Source of the DNA: a virus
Taxonomy: Duplodnaviria > Caudoviricetes
Reading direction: 5' to 3' (one strand)
IMG/VR virus record: IMGVR_UViG_3300042860_002166
Location: 1-54,673 of that record
DNA length: 54,673 bases
Within the stretch, counting starts at the first letter, position 1; each line of letters starts with the position of its first letter. This document shows, one piece after another, positions 35,498-44,654 of the stretch. The notes under the pieces were generated by a model. The model saw only the letters and a program-made list of their open reading frames with translations, was not told the DNA's origin and ran no database searches. Made by a program: the position numbers and the translations under genes.

Positions 35498-36348
35498 AGA
35501 GTCGGCGGCATGGGCCGCGCCATCTGAGCTATGGCCGGATTCAGGTAAAAACGGATCGTAGTCTGGCTCGTGGTGTGACCGGCTTGGAGGTATCCCGTCC
35601 CCGGAGCTACTTGCTCGACTGCGGTGATGCTCGACCTCCGCAGTTTTTTGAACGGCTTCCCATTGCAGGAGAGCCCGATATCCTCCGCAACATCTGCGAC
35701 CATCGAGCTGAGCCGTCTGGCGACCAATGCACCGCCCGGCCAGATTAGCTTGCGAGGTGGCGCCCAATCGTCGAAGGTCCGAATGACTAATTTCTTGGTA
35801 TGCTCGCTCAGCCGACACAGCACAAGCCTTCCGGTTTTAATCTGTACGATTTCCAGCCAACCATCATACTCAGCGTGCGCCCGCTCCAGTCGGAGCAAAT
35901 CAGCTCTCCGCATCCCGGTATCCCACGCCGCCCGCACCAGTGCGGCTAAAGCGAGTCCGGTTTGAATCTCACTCTCGGGTATCCTGCCAGTGATTTTCTC
36001 ACAGGCTTCCGCCAGACTCTTGACTTGCTCAGCGGTCCAAACATCGCGGCGCGTTTCTGGTAAACGAATCTCGCGAATCTTTTTCGGCGCTGAACAAAAG
36101 CCCTCATCTGAGGCCGCTCTCCACAAGGCGAGAATCTGTCTTCGTTTACTCGCTACGGTGTGAGGCTTCGCCGTTACGGCATAGTCTCGGAGGAAACGAT
36201 TCACAACCTCATCGCTGAGCGTTTTGATATTTATAGGTTCCTTGTGCCACTTGCTCAAGACCTGAGCGGTAGTCCTGTACTGCTCGATTGTGCTTTCTTT
36301 AATGTCATGGCTGAGCGCGTACGATTCGACAAAATCTGTCAGTAACAT
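35494..36348 (-). CDS. int: tyrosine integrase/recombinase
   Basis: TGMRRADLL (Arg I), KTG, KLRR, GH...TT..FY. Adjacent to the tRNA fragment. Confidence 0.88.
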   Translation of the reverse strand: MLLTDFVESYALSHDIKESTIEQYRTTAQVLSKWHKEPINIKTLSDEVVNRFLRDYAVTAKPHTVASKRRQILALWRAASDEGFCSAPKKIREIRLPETRRDVWTAEQVKSLAEACEKITGRIPESEIQTGLALAALVRAAWDTGMRRADLLRLERAHAEYDGWLEIVQIKTGRLVLCRLSEHTKKLVIRTFDDWAPPRKLIWPGGALVARRLSSMVADVAEDIGLSCNGKPFKKLRRSSITAVEQVAPGTGYLQAGHTTSQTTIRFYLNPAIAQMARPMPPTL

Positions 36349-36516
36349 TTGGCGGGTCTCTGACCAAAGTTAATCACTCCGTTGGTATCGCTGTGCTGCA
36401 TTGGCACATGAGCGATTCTCCTGTGCTGTACCCACTGTGCGACTCCGCACACAAATGTGTCAAGCTGAAACAATCGTAGGCTGCGAGTGGGGAAAAGTCT
36501 AGCCCCTAAAGCCTAT

Positions 36517-36573
36517 CGCTAGACTTAGGATCTAGTACCGCAAGGTGTGCAGGTTCGATCCCTGTCATCCCCA
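36517..36573 (+). other. putative attP: 3' two-thirds of tRNA-Leu(TAG)
   Basis: Anticodon arm ctaga-cttagga-tctag, long variable arm taccgcaaggtg, T-arm gcagg-ttcgatc-cctgt, 3' catcccca. No D-arm. Lies next to int. Confidence 0.82.
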
Positions 36574-36609
36574 CTGGCTGAAAATGCTCAATAACAAGGG
36601 ATAAACAAC

Positions 36610-37101
36610 ATGATTCCAAGGGATTCCGAGAACAACCCTCTCCTGCAAAGTATTGCGGCTAATCTTAGACTTCACCGCGCACGGCTGGGGCTAAACCAAA
36701 CGGAATTTGGCAAACTCATCAAGATGAGCCAGACCGGAGTAAGCAAGATAGAGAAGGCAAGTTACGCCCCGACGCTCTACCAAATCTACAGAATTTGCCG
36801 GGGACTGAATATTTCAGTAGCCGCCCTTTTGGGGGTAAAATCCTCGGCTCCAGCCCCGAAAAGCTACAAAGACTTCCGGGTTAAATTCTCCCGCAGGCTC
36901 AGAGATGCGAGAGAATCGAGAGAACTTACTCAATTGGAACTGAGCGAAAAGGTGGGTATGAAGCAGCCCACGTACAACAAGATTGAGAAATGCGCCAAGA
37001 GCCGATTCAATCCCGATAGGATATTAGCTCCAGACTTGGAGACGATCACTCACATAGCGCGGGCGATGAAGATGGAGCCGGTCGCCCTGCTGATCGATTG
37101 A
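36610..37101 (+). CDS. tandem XRE helix-turn-helix protein, probable repressor
   Basis: Two HTH_3 domains (LNQTEFGK...QTGVSKIEK; LTQLELSEKVGMKQPTYNKIEK). Confidence 0.85.
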   Translation: MIPRDSENNPLLQSIAANLRLHRARLGLNQTEFGKLIKMSQTGVSKIEKASYAPTLYQIYRICRGLNISVAALLGVKSSAPAPKSYKDFRVKFSRRLRDARESRELTQLELSEKVGMKQPTYNKIEKCAKSRFNPDRILAPDLETITHIARAMKMEPVALLID

Positions 37102-37278
37102 TTCCCTTCTCGCGGCCCATTCCTTGCGTAGCCAGTCGATGTTTCCTTGGTCGAGAGTCCAAGCATAGCCAAGCTCAATCTCACGGCGGATAATCGTCCC
37201 GAGCTGCTGGAGCCTCTCCGTAGAGTCAGCGGAGCGAATCGCCTCGTTCAACAAACAGAAGTCCAGTAGCTTGCTCAC
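37024..37278 (-). CDS. hypothetical protein
   Basis: GTGA coupling with the HNH gene. Overlaps the repressor 3' end convergently. Confidence 0.5.
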   Translation of the reverse strand: MSKLLDFCLLNEAIRSADSTERLQQLGTIIRREIELGYAWTLDQGNIDWLRKEWAARRESIDQQGDRLHLHRPRYVSDRLQVWS

Positions 37279-37700
37279 GGTCTCAATCCGTATCGTTTCT
37301 CGAATCGGTAAAGCGTTCCCCACACCCAGCCAAGTCTCCGGGTTATCTCGCGCCGCGGGACTCCGCGCGAGAGCATTTCCACTACCGGCCCAAGGAATTG
37401 CTCGTCATATTTGACCAAGTGCTTCAGCCGCCCTTTTTCTTTGCAGTCCTGCATATTCTCGCGCCGAGTTCCCGCGAATAAATGCTCGGGGTTACAGCAC
37501 CTTGGATTGTCGCACTTGTGGCAAACGTCCTTGCCCTTGGTCTCACTACCGGGATTCGCCAGCTCATAGGCCAGCCGGTGAACAGATACCAGCTTTCGAT
37601 TGACCTTCGCGCGTGGGTAGCCCGAGGCCGTAGCCCCGCGCCATACCCAGCAGCCAGATTCAGAGAGTGAGCAGCGGTCCCGGATCGCGTCGAGGTCCAT
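37275..37700 (-). CDS. HNH endonuclease with C-terminal HTH
   Basis: GCWVW.G...GY, HRLAY, VCHKCDNPRCCNPEHL..GT..EN..D. Confidence 0.92.
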   Translation of the reverse strand: MDLDAIRDRCSLSESGCWVWRGATASGYPRAKVNRKLVSVHRLAYELANPGSETKGKDVCHKCDNPRCCNPEHLFAGTRRENMQDCKEKGRLKHLVKYDEQFLGPVVEMLSRGVPRREITRRLGWVWGTLYRFEKRYGLRP

Positions 37701-38866
37701 TACTTCCCCTTCTTCACTTTGAGGGGTTGCATGATTCGAGCCTTGGCTAGCTCGATGTAATCCGGGTTCAGCTCAATCCCTACTCCGTTCCTGCCGTGAT
37801 GGCGGGCTACTTGAAGCGTAGTCCCGGAACCAGCGAACGGGTCAAGTACCGTGCAGGGCATGACCTCAGCCGCGCAGTCACAGGACGGAGCCCAACCGAG
37901 CGTCTCGACCGCCACCCCGGCTACGTCATTGGCGCAGGCGTTGCCGGTTCCCTCCTCGTGGGTTCGCTTGGTGTAGGCGTTTGGTCGAGAGCGCTTGAGC
38001 TTCGTTTTGCTTGTCTGACGAATCAGCGGCGCCCGGCAGTTGGAACAGCATCCCTCCGCGCTCGTACCCGCGAGGATACAGGGCTCGATCAGATCGGGTG
38101 GGAAGGTGGCGAAATGAGCGCCCTTGTAAGGCTTGGTCGAGACCTTCCAGACAGAGCGGCGGTTGCGGCCCTTGATTGCACCGTCAGAATTCCACTGAAG
38201 GATGCGCGAATCTGTACCGTCGTTCCTGTCGCCCGGAGCGTAGTTCCGCGTCCCGCCACCGGGACTACCCATGCGTTCGTCCGCAAACGCCTCCTTCACC
38301 GCCTCCGCGTCGTAGGAATAGCGCTCTGACTTGGCAAGGAGAAAGATGTACTCGTGGGCAGTTGTGCAGCGGTCAGTCACACTCGATGGCATCGGGCTTG
38401 GCTTGTGCCAGATGATATCCTGACGGAGAATCCACCCGTCAGCCTGAAGCGCGAACGCGACTCGCCACGGGATACCGATAAGGTTTTTGGGCCTTAATCC
38501 TGAAAAATCCCTTGGCTTGTCAAACTGCCTCTTTTGCTTGTATCCACTTTTCCCACCAGAAGCATTGATTCCGTTATTCCCGCCCGTCATTGTTGACCCG
38601 GCATACGAATCCCCCAAATTCAGCCAGAGAGTCCCATCCTTGCGGAGAACCCGGCGCACGCCCCGAAACACCTCGACCATCTTCGCCACGTAAGCCTCTG
38701 GCGATGGCTCTAGGCCGATCTGCCCGTCCGCGCCATAGTTCCGGAGTCCGAAGTAAGGCGGGCTCGTTACGCAACACTGAATCGACTCAGAGGCGATATC
38801 CTCCATCCTCTCCAGCACATCCCCGCACAACACAAACGAACGCCCATCATCGCTCAGCCAATCCAT
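37700..38866 (-). CDS. beta-class N4-C/N6-A DNA methyltransferase
   Basis: TSPPY (motif IV), HFATFP, VLDPFAGSGTT (motif I), GIELN. Confidence 0.95.
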   Translation of the reverse strand: MDWLSDDGRSFVLCGDVLERMEDIASESIQCCVTSPPYFGLRNYGADGQIGLEPSPEAYVAKMVEVFRGVRRVLRKDGTLWLNLGDSYAGSTMTGGNNGINASGGKSGYKQKRQFDKPRDFSGLRPKNLIGIPWRVAFALQADGWILRQDIIWHKPSPMPSSVTDRCTTAHEYIFLLAKSERYSYDAEAVKEAFADERMGSPGGGTRNYAPGDRNDGTDSRILQWNSDGAIKGRNRRSVWKVSTKPYKGAHFATFPPDLIEPCILAGTSAEGCCSNCRAPLIRQTSKTKLKRSRPNAYTKRTHEEGTGNACANDVAGVAVETLGWAPSCDCAAEVMPCTVLDPFAGSGTTLQVARHHGRNGVGIELNPDYIELAKARIMQPLKVKKGK

Positions 38867-38882
38867 AGCACCGATATCCTAT

Positions 38883-39329
38883 CTACTTAACCTGAATCGC
38901 TTCCTTGACTGCCTCCAATGCCTCACTGAGAGCCTCAGAATCGCCCCGTGGCGTGATTCTCAGGAGGTTAATGGCGTTTGATACCCTGCGCTCTGAGAGC
39001 TTCTCTACGAGGCTTTTAAGCAAGCTCTCGAAGACGCTGCCCTGTGCCGCTACTTTGACCCCGCGCCGGGCAAAGAAGTCAACCGCCTTTTCCCGCTTGT
39101 TCGCGCGGATATCCTCTAAGACGAGATCGACCTCCATCTGCCCCACGCCGTCCGGCAGTTTGCCGAGAACTTCCTTGCGGTCAGAGGATAGGCACATCCC
39201 AAGAACAATCATCGCCAGATCGCGAGCGTCCTGAGCCCGGCGTTCTTCGAGCCGTTTCCGCGCCTCAGCAATTCCGGCCATCGCGGCATCGTGATCCCTG
39301 CGGTCCTGAATCTGTTGTAAAGCGTTCAT
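38883..39329 (-). CDS. hypothetical helical protein
   Basis: GGAGG SD before MNALQQ. Confidence 0.65.
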   Translation of the reverse strand: MNALQQIQDRRDHDAAMAGIAEARKRLEERRAQDARDLAMIVLGMCLSSDRKEVLGKLPDGVGQMEVDLVLEDIRANKREKAVDFFARRGVKVAAQGSVFESLLKSLVEKLSERRVSNAINLLRITPRGDSEALSEALEAVKEAIQVK

Positions 39330-39393
39330 TACTAGCCTCCGTGTATGCCCGTTATCGTATCGCCCTAGACTTCCGCTGTCTAGGTACAAAATC

Positions 39394-39738
39394 CTATTCG
39401 CAGTCGAAGGGACAATCTTGGGGAAGTGTGGAAAGATCTACCCAGCTCAGCACCTCAGCCCGAGCCGCGCGAATGGCTTCGAGAAACGTCCGAACGTGCT
39501 TGCGTTCCTCGACCACGTTAGAGAGCCAGCGCACGTAGTCCTGAGGACATTCATCAAGGTAAAGCCCCGCATGTTTGCCGAATGTCATCTTGTGGCGGAG
39601 CTGCTGGGGGCGTGGAGCCTTGGGCTCGTAGCTCAGGATAGAATCTGCTAACCTGCCAGCCTCAATCTCGGGGATGAGGTCGTTAGCCTTGAGTATCTGT
39701 TTGATCAGCCGGTTGCGCTTGGTTGCTGGTGTGGTCAT
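39394..39738 (-). CDS. protein with FGKH/YxxWL domain (DUF3820 / exonuclease X C-terminal-like)
   Basis: MTFGKHAG..L...PQDYVRWL. Confidence 0.7.
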   Translation of the reverse strand: MTTPATKRNRLIKQILKANDLIPEIEAGRLADSILSYEPKAPRPQQLRHKMTFGKHAGLYLDECPQDYVRWLSNVVEERKHVRTFLEAIRAARAEVLSWVDLSTLPQDCPFDCE

Positions 39739-40245
39739 TTTTGCTAGTTTCCTTACTTTTGCGCGCACCGCCCGCATTGTCCCTTAGGTTAGGGTACTCG
39801 GCTTCTTGCCGCGTTAGCGTTCGGTTGGGCTGCTTTGGGAGGCTTTACCTAAGGGCCGGGTTGTCAGCGTGGGACAGCGCCCGGAATTTTCGTTACCTCT
39901 ATCAGCTTCGCGGTGGCGAGCCGCTTGTAGCACCAACCTTGCGAGTTACCAACCTAGATCCGGCTGGTGTTGCTTACGTCTCGCTTACCCGATTGCTGGA
40001 CTGGGGCGGACCATTCCCTGCGCGTGCCGCAGATTAACGCCTTTTGATGTTCGCTATCGTCCCCGGATTATCTAACGATTTGCCGGGTGTCCCATAAACA
40101 ACGGCATCTTGTGCCGCGATGGAGTGTAATAGGCTTCTTGCGCTGCTCGTCCGTCGTTAGCGGCAACTCTGACCAAGAATGAATCTTGCGCTTAGAACGT
40201 CAGTCTGCCACGAACAAGCAGCACAAGGAACCCACTACCTACAAA

Positions 40246-40275
40246 ATCCTATAACTGAGCTAGTCTAGTGTCAAG
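40246..40275 (-). promoter_or_regulatory. sigma70-like promoter TTGACA-N17-TAGGAT
   Basis: Perfect -35 box and 17-nt spacer on the minus strand, pointing into a roughly 500-bp non-coding region. Confidence 0.7.
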
Positions 40276-40281
40276 TAAAAA

Positions 40282-40506
40282 CTATCCATCCTCGCGGTTG
40301 TTTTTCTTCCGCCGAAACTTCCCGAGAGTCTTTACCCTGCTCTGGTTCATCGCGGCGCTGAGTCCTCGCGGGGCCACAGCGGCCCACTGTTCGCACCAGT
40401 GGCACTGAGCGGGGCCAAAGTCATCGGCGTAGTTGGTCGCGTCACAGGCTGGACATTCCCAATCTACTACAGTGAACCCGGTAACTATCGGCAGACTTCC
40501 GCTCAT
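40282..40506 (-). CDS. small zinc-finger protein
   Basis: CPAC...CHWC; ATGA coupling. Confidence 0.65.
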   Translation of the reverse strand: MSGSLPIVTGFTVVDWECPACDATNYADDFGPAQCHWCEQWAAVAPRGLSAAMNQSRVKTLGKFRRKKNNREDG

Positions 40507-42071
40507 TTGAACCTCGCTTTAGGGATGTACTGGGGATAAACTTCGCGCACACTTTTGCGCCATTCAGCCGAGCCCTTGTCGGGCAACTGGTATGCCTTGG
40601 TCTCTACAGGGACTCCTTGCTTTTCCGCTTTCTTGGCGGCAAGGTGGAAAGCCTGAGAGACGCTGTGTCCGAGGATGCTCGAAGCGTAGAGCTGAGAACG
40701 CCAGACCTGATCAAACGTCTTGGGCGCTTTGTATTTGGTATCGCGCCCGGTCTTCTTGACGAGTTGACCGTCGATCTGGCGAACAATCTTGACGCTTCGT
40801 TTATGGTGATAGCCGCAGGCCGGGCAGAAACTACCGTGGGTACGCATCGCGGTACACTGGGGGCAACAAATTGGCTCGGCTTCCTCACCTTGTTCCTTGC
40901 GGCGCCGTTCCTGCTCTTTTTTCTGAATGGAGTTGTTAGTACACCCCAGTTCCCACTCTCGATCTTCGCCGGGCAAGCCGTGCCGGTCAGTGTTGCCTCC
41001 GTGGTCTTGGAGGATCTTGTGATCGTAGTCTCGATGGAACCGTTGACCGCGCCCGACGCTCTGGAGGTAGGTCGAGAGCCCGCCCATGCTCGTAGCCAAG
41101 ATAACGTGGTAGACCGAGGGGATATTGATGGCTTCGCGAAGTACGAACCGATTCCAAAGGATCTTGAACTCGCCGGAGGTCAACCCGTCGATCACCTCTT
41201 TCCGCGTGGAATCGCAGGTCTCAGCCTCAGTTATCTCGATTTCAGTTCCTTGGTCATTCCACCGGGCGCACATTACCCGTTCCCCGTCGATGTGGGCGCA
41301 GGGTACTCCGCGCTTGGCAAACTCGCGGACAAACCAGCGGGACTCAGCGACACCGGGCGCGAAAGCGATGGCTGGCTTTTCCAGCGGGTTAAGTTTCCTC
41401 CACCATTCGTAGACTCTGCCGACAATGGTTGGGACCGCGTTTATCTTCCGGTCGTCACCGTATGAGAAATCACCGCCCGGCATAGCGCGAATCTTGCTGA
41501 GGTCTGGCCGGTCGGGTCCGTAGCAGGTCATCGGGAGATGAGCCTTGCAATCCAGCATCTCGGAATACTTGCCAGCATCTACGATAGATTCATACATTCC
41601 GCCGATATCTACCGGGGTCGCGGTGAATCCAATGCGTTTAGCTCCGCCTAGTTTGTGCCGGTCGAATACGGCGCGAGCCTTTTCGCCTGTTTGCTGGTGG
41701 GCTTCGTCTACGATCACGATATCGGCTTGGGGGAACTCAAAAGTGAACTTGTCCATCCGTGCGTAAACGGTATCGAGCGAGCAAATCTGAATCGCGGCTT
41801 CCGGGTTAGCCATATCGGAAAAGCCCGACGCAATAACCCCAAAGGGAACTCCTGTACTACTTAGCCCGTCGATAATCTGCCGGGTTAAAAGTACCCGGTG
41901 AGTGTAGATACATACGCGTTTTCCGGCCTGAGCCGCAGGGATAGCGAGCCGGTGCATGATTTCCGTCTTGCCAGCTCCGCACGGCGCACAAATGGCCCAA
42001 GCGGACTGCCCTGCCCTGTACGCGGCGCGGGACTGCTCAATCGCTCGAATTTGATGGGGCCAGAGGTCCAT
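40503..42071 (-). CDS. superfamily II DEAH helicase with C-terminal zinc finger
   Basis: PCGAGKT, DEAH, TATP, QSVGRGQR, CPQC...CPACG. Confidence 0.93.
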   Translation of the reverse strand: MDLWPHQIRAIEQSRAAYRAGQSAWAICAPCGAGKTEIMHRLAIPAAQAGKRVCIYTHRVLLTRQIIDGLSSTGVPFGVIASGFSDMANPEAAIQICSLDTVYARMDKFTFEFPQADIVIVDEAHQQTGEKARAVFDRHKLGGAKRIGFTATPVDIGGMYESIVDAGKYSEMLDCKAHLPMTCYGPDRPDLSKIRAMPGGDFSYGDDRKINAVPTIVGRVYEWWRKLNPLEKPAIAFAPGVAESRWFVREFAKRGVPCAHIDGERVMCARWNDQGTEIEITEAETCDSTRKEVIDGLTSGEFKILWNRFVLREAINIPSVYHVILATSMGGLSTYLQSVGRGQRFHRDYDHKILQDHGGNTDRHGLPGEDREWELGCTNNSIQKKEQERRRKEQGEEAEPICCPQCTAMRTHGSFCPACGYHHKRSVKIVRQIDGQLVKKTGRDTKYKAPKTFDQVWRSQLYASSILGHSVSQAFHLAAKKAEKQGVPVETKAYQLPDKGSAEWRKSVREVYPQYIPKARFK

Positions 42072-42340
42072 TAGCTCATCTCCTTGCCTGAGCGGATATT
42101 CCTAGTACCTCCGCCCGTACTGAACCGGAACGGCCCGACCGAATCAGGAGCAGCGGCGCCGTCGCCATCATCGAACCGATTATCTTGGTACTCGCGCTCC
42201 CGGAGCGCCTTGACGGTCCCGCAGTTCGTGCAGGAGTAATCGAAGCAAGCCCGTTCGCGCCGCGACCGAACGAATCGGTTCAAGTAAACCATCCGTTCCG
42301 CGTCGTCTTTCCATTCTTTCCCGCATCCGATGCAGTTCAT
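42071..42340 (-). CDS. small zinc-ribbon protein
   Basis: CIGC...CTNC. Confidence 0.6.
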   Translation of the reverse strand: MNCIGCGKEWKDDAERMVYLNRFVRSRRERACFDYSCTNCGTVKALREREYQDNRFDDGDGAAAPDSVGPFRFSTGGGTRNIRSGKEMS

Positions 42341-42352
42341 AACACTGATATC

Positions 42353-42958
42353 CTATCCGTCGAGCCAGTTTTCAACATTTGCCCAGTAATCATCAAACTT
42401 CCGGCCAGCCCCGAGATTCGAGAGAGCCAGCCTCAAGCCGTTAAGATGCTGCCGAGCTAGTCGCAAATGACGCTCCTCCCGCTCAACGGTATCCGATGGA
42501 GGCTCTGGTTCTTGTTCTGGCTGAGCCTTCTTTGTCTGCTTTCCAAGCGTCTCATCTACTACCGACTTGATAACCTTGGCGGTGGGCTTGCACCCTTCGG
42601 CCTCGCACTTGGCAGCAATTTTCTCAACGATATCAGGGAGAGCTTCGGTCCCGACCTTTGAAAGCTCGCGTAGCTGTCGCTCGTTTGTGATTTCGTCGGT
42701 GATTGAATCTCCACCAATGGTGGATAACTCAGTTTTAATCTCAGCCGCTTCCATAAGCTGGTAAGCACGAGATTTCTGAATCCCCCACCGCTCGGACACG
42801 AACGACTCAAACGTGTCGTGAGTCTCGCGGTACAGCTTCCGCTTGTTGATTTCCATCAAGGATTTGCCTACCTCAAGGAATTTTGAGAGCCCGTCCTCGA
42901 TTACCGCGCAGAGCTTTTCCAGCTCCGTTTTTTCCTGTTTTGTCAACCCGGATTCCAT
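42353..42958 (-). CDS. conserved phage DNA-binding-like protein
   Basis: VGKSL.EI...KLYR....TFE.F...RWG...SRAYQLM.AA...NERQLREL. Confidence 0.75.
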   Translation of the reverse strand: MESGLTKQEKTELEKLCAVIEDGLSKFLEVGKSLMEINKRKLYRETHDTFESFVSERWGIQKSRAYQLMEAAEIKTELSTIGGDSITDEITNERQLRELSKVGTEALPDIVEKIAAKCEAEGCKPTAKVIKSVVDETLGKQTKKAQPEQEPEPPSDTVEREERHLRLARQHLNGLRLALSNLGAGRKFDDYWANVENWLDG

Positions 42959-43096
42959 TGTTCGCCTCCTCTACTGCCCTGCTCAATCGCGAATCATTCG
43001 CAGAAAAATTTCCTTCAATGTTGCCAAGTATAGCAATTAGACTCTAGCCAGTCTAGGTACAAAAAGCTATAAATGGAGCATCGCAAAGGAGGCGGT

Positions 43097-43510
43097 ATGC
43101 GGCCTATCTATGAGAACGGAACAACTCTCGCGGCAGAGGAAGCCACGATTCGCAGGGTAGCGGATAGATGGGGGGTCACGTTTCAAAAGCTCCCAATTCA
43201 GTACCGCGTCGATTGGGCTTTGATACGTGATGGAAAAGTGGCGTGTTGGTGTGAGTGCAAGAGGCGCCACAACAATAAAGGCAAGTATCCCAGCCTCATG
43301 CTCAGCCTCTCGAAGGTGACGCATGGGCTGGAGCTTGCCCGCCAAACCGGCTTGCCGTTTCTGGTTGTGGTCGAGTGGGATGATTGCTTGGCTTACTGGA
43401 AGGCCGATAGGATATCGGGTGTTCGGCTTGGGGGTCGGGTTGATCGTGGTGACTGGCAGGACGTAGAGCCGGTCGTAGATATCGGGACTGAGTTATTTAC
43501 GGAGCTGTGA
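43097..43510 (+). CDS. PD-(D/E)xK nuclease-fold protein
   Basis: YRVDW...ECKRR; AAGGAGG SD. Confidence 0.65.
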   Translation: MRPIYENGTTLAAEEATIRRVADRWGVTFQKLPIQYRVDWALIRDGKVACWCECKRRHNNKGKYPSLMLSLSKVTHGLELARQTGLPFLVVVEWDDCLAYWKADRISGVRLGGRVDRGDWQDVEPVVDIGTELFTEL

Positions 43511-43824
43511 TGCTTAACAGACTAGGCGCTGAGATTGTGGTGATTAACGAGGCCAACGGCTGGGACGTAGCGCAGTCCGGGGACTGGCATCGAACCGAGT
43601 ACAAGATTCCGGCGAAGCTCGCTCTGATTACCTCAGAGGTCTCTGAGGCTCTCGAAGCGTACCGGAAAGATGACTTGGTAAATTTCGGGGAGGAATTGGC
43701 GGATACGCTGATTCGAGTATTGGACCTCGCTAGTGGGCTGGGGATTGATTTGGATTCAGCGGTATCCGCGAAGCTGGAGAAGAACAAGCAGCGCGGTTAT
43801 CGGCATGGTGGAAAACGAGTATAG
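43507..43824 (+). CDS. MazG-like nucleotide pyrophosphohydrolase
   Basis: LITSEVSEALEA...EELADTLIRVLDL...K...N..R. Confidence 0.88.
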   Translation: MMLNRLGAEIVVINEANGWDVAQSGDWHRTEYKIPAKLALITSEVSEALEAYRKDDLVNFGEELADTLIRVLDLASGLGIDLDSAVSAKLEKNKQRGYRHGGKRV

Positions 43825-43834
43825 GAGATTTATT

Positions 43835-44344
43835 ATGTGCGACTTTATAGGATTTACGTCCTACGTTAATACTGGGCCGGTCTCGAAGATTGCGATTGAC
43901 AATCAGAGCGAGGCGGGCTGGTCCATGATTAGCGTGACCTATGACTTTACACCACAGTTTGAGCTAGGCGGATTGACCAATCAGCTCTCTCCGGGGCTGT
44001 ACGGGCTGGAGACAATCGTTACCGCGAGTGGTAATCAGTCATTCACCGGCTACAGCATCTCAGGCCAGAGCATGACTTGGACATTTAGCGGAATGGGTTC
44101 AGGTGAAGGGACTGGTTGGAAGTTGCCTATCGGCGGTGGTATCAGGGGTGGTGAGATTAACGGCACGACAATCTCGGCTCAGTTTACAAATGGGTCCGAG
44201 TCCCGTGAGGTCGAGTATCAATTTTCTGGCGTGACTGGCAACGGTGTCAGTTTTTACGCCAACGCTTCAGTGCCAGAACCTAGCGGCATCGCGTTAATCG
44301 GGATGCTCGTTGGTGTTTTGGTTGCACGGTTCCGCAGCCGGTAA
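43835..44344 (+). CDS. PEP-CTERM domain protein
   Basis: C-terminal VPEPS, then a TM helix, then basic RFRSR. Confidence 0.85.
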   Translation: MCDFIGFTSYVNTGPVSKIAIDNQSEAGWSMISVTYDFTPQFELGGLTNQLSPGLYGLETIVTASGNQSFTGYSISGQSMTWTFSGMGSGEGTGWKLPIGGGIRGGEINGTTISAQFTNGSESREVEYQFSGVTGNGVSFYANASVPEPSGIALIGMLVGVLVARFRSR

Positions 44345-44441
44345 ATCTGCGGTCCTGTCCGAGGAGAGAAGGACCAGCGAAACGTACTAGCGGCGTCGGC
44401 CCGACTAGGGTGTGCGTGACGGCTGGGAGAGACCGGCGATT

Positions 44442-44547
44442 GGTTCGGCGGCGTGGTGGGACACGCGGCACATCTGCCACATCGACGGATGTGGTGCTGC
44501 CTAGTGCATGACTGGCACGGATGCAGGTTCAAATCCTGCCCGAACCA
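44442..44547 (+). ncRNA. atypical tRNA-like RNA (no canonical anticodon loop)
   Basis: Acceptor ggttcgg/ccgaacc-A, D-like arm gcgt...acgc, T-arm gcagg-ttcaaat-cctgc. The centre holds a long bulged hairpin and a second hairpin. Confidence 0.6.
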
Positions 44548-44654
44548 TTGGATGTTGGTGAAATGTGCGGAGGTGAGCGATGGAAGCCGACTGGCGAGAG
44601 GCACAGTATTCTGTTGCGAAAACACCCCCAAATTAGCAACAAGACCGTTCACCC

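Noticed and set aside
35174-35818. 214-aa minus-strand ORF
   Set aside because: Overlaps the integrase out of frame and the RHH gene antisense; composition is not protein-like.
36486-36575. Complete functional tRNA-Leu gene
   Set aside because: The 5' part has no D-arm or conserved GG. Only the anticodon arm through the 3' end matches, which fits attP better.
37850-38060. Cys-rich insert in the methyltransferase as an intein
   Set aside because: No C1/HN-C splice motifs. It looks like a CxxC...CxC zinc-binding insertion.
40617-41465. 282-aa plus-strand ORF
   Set aside because: Antisense shadow of the helicase with no recognisable motifs. The same applies to most antisense or nested ORFs in the track.
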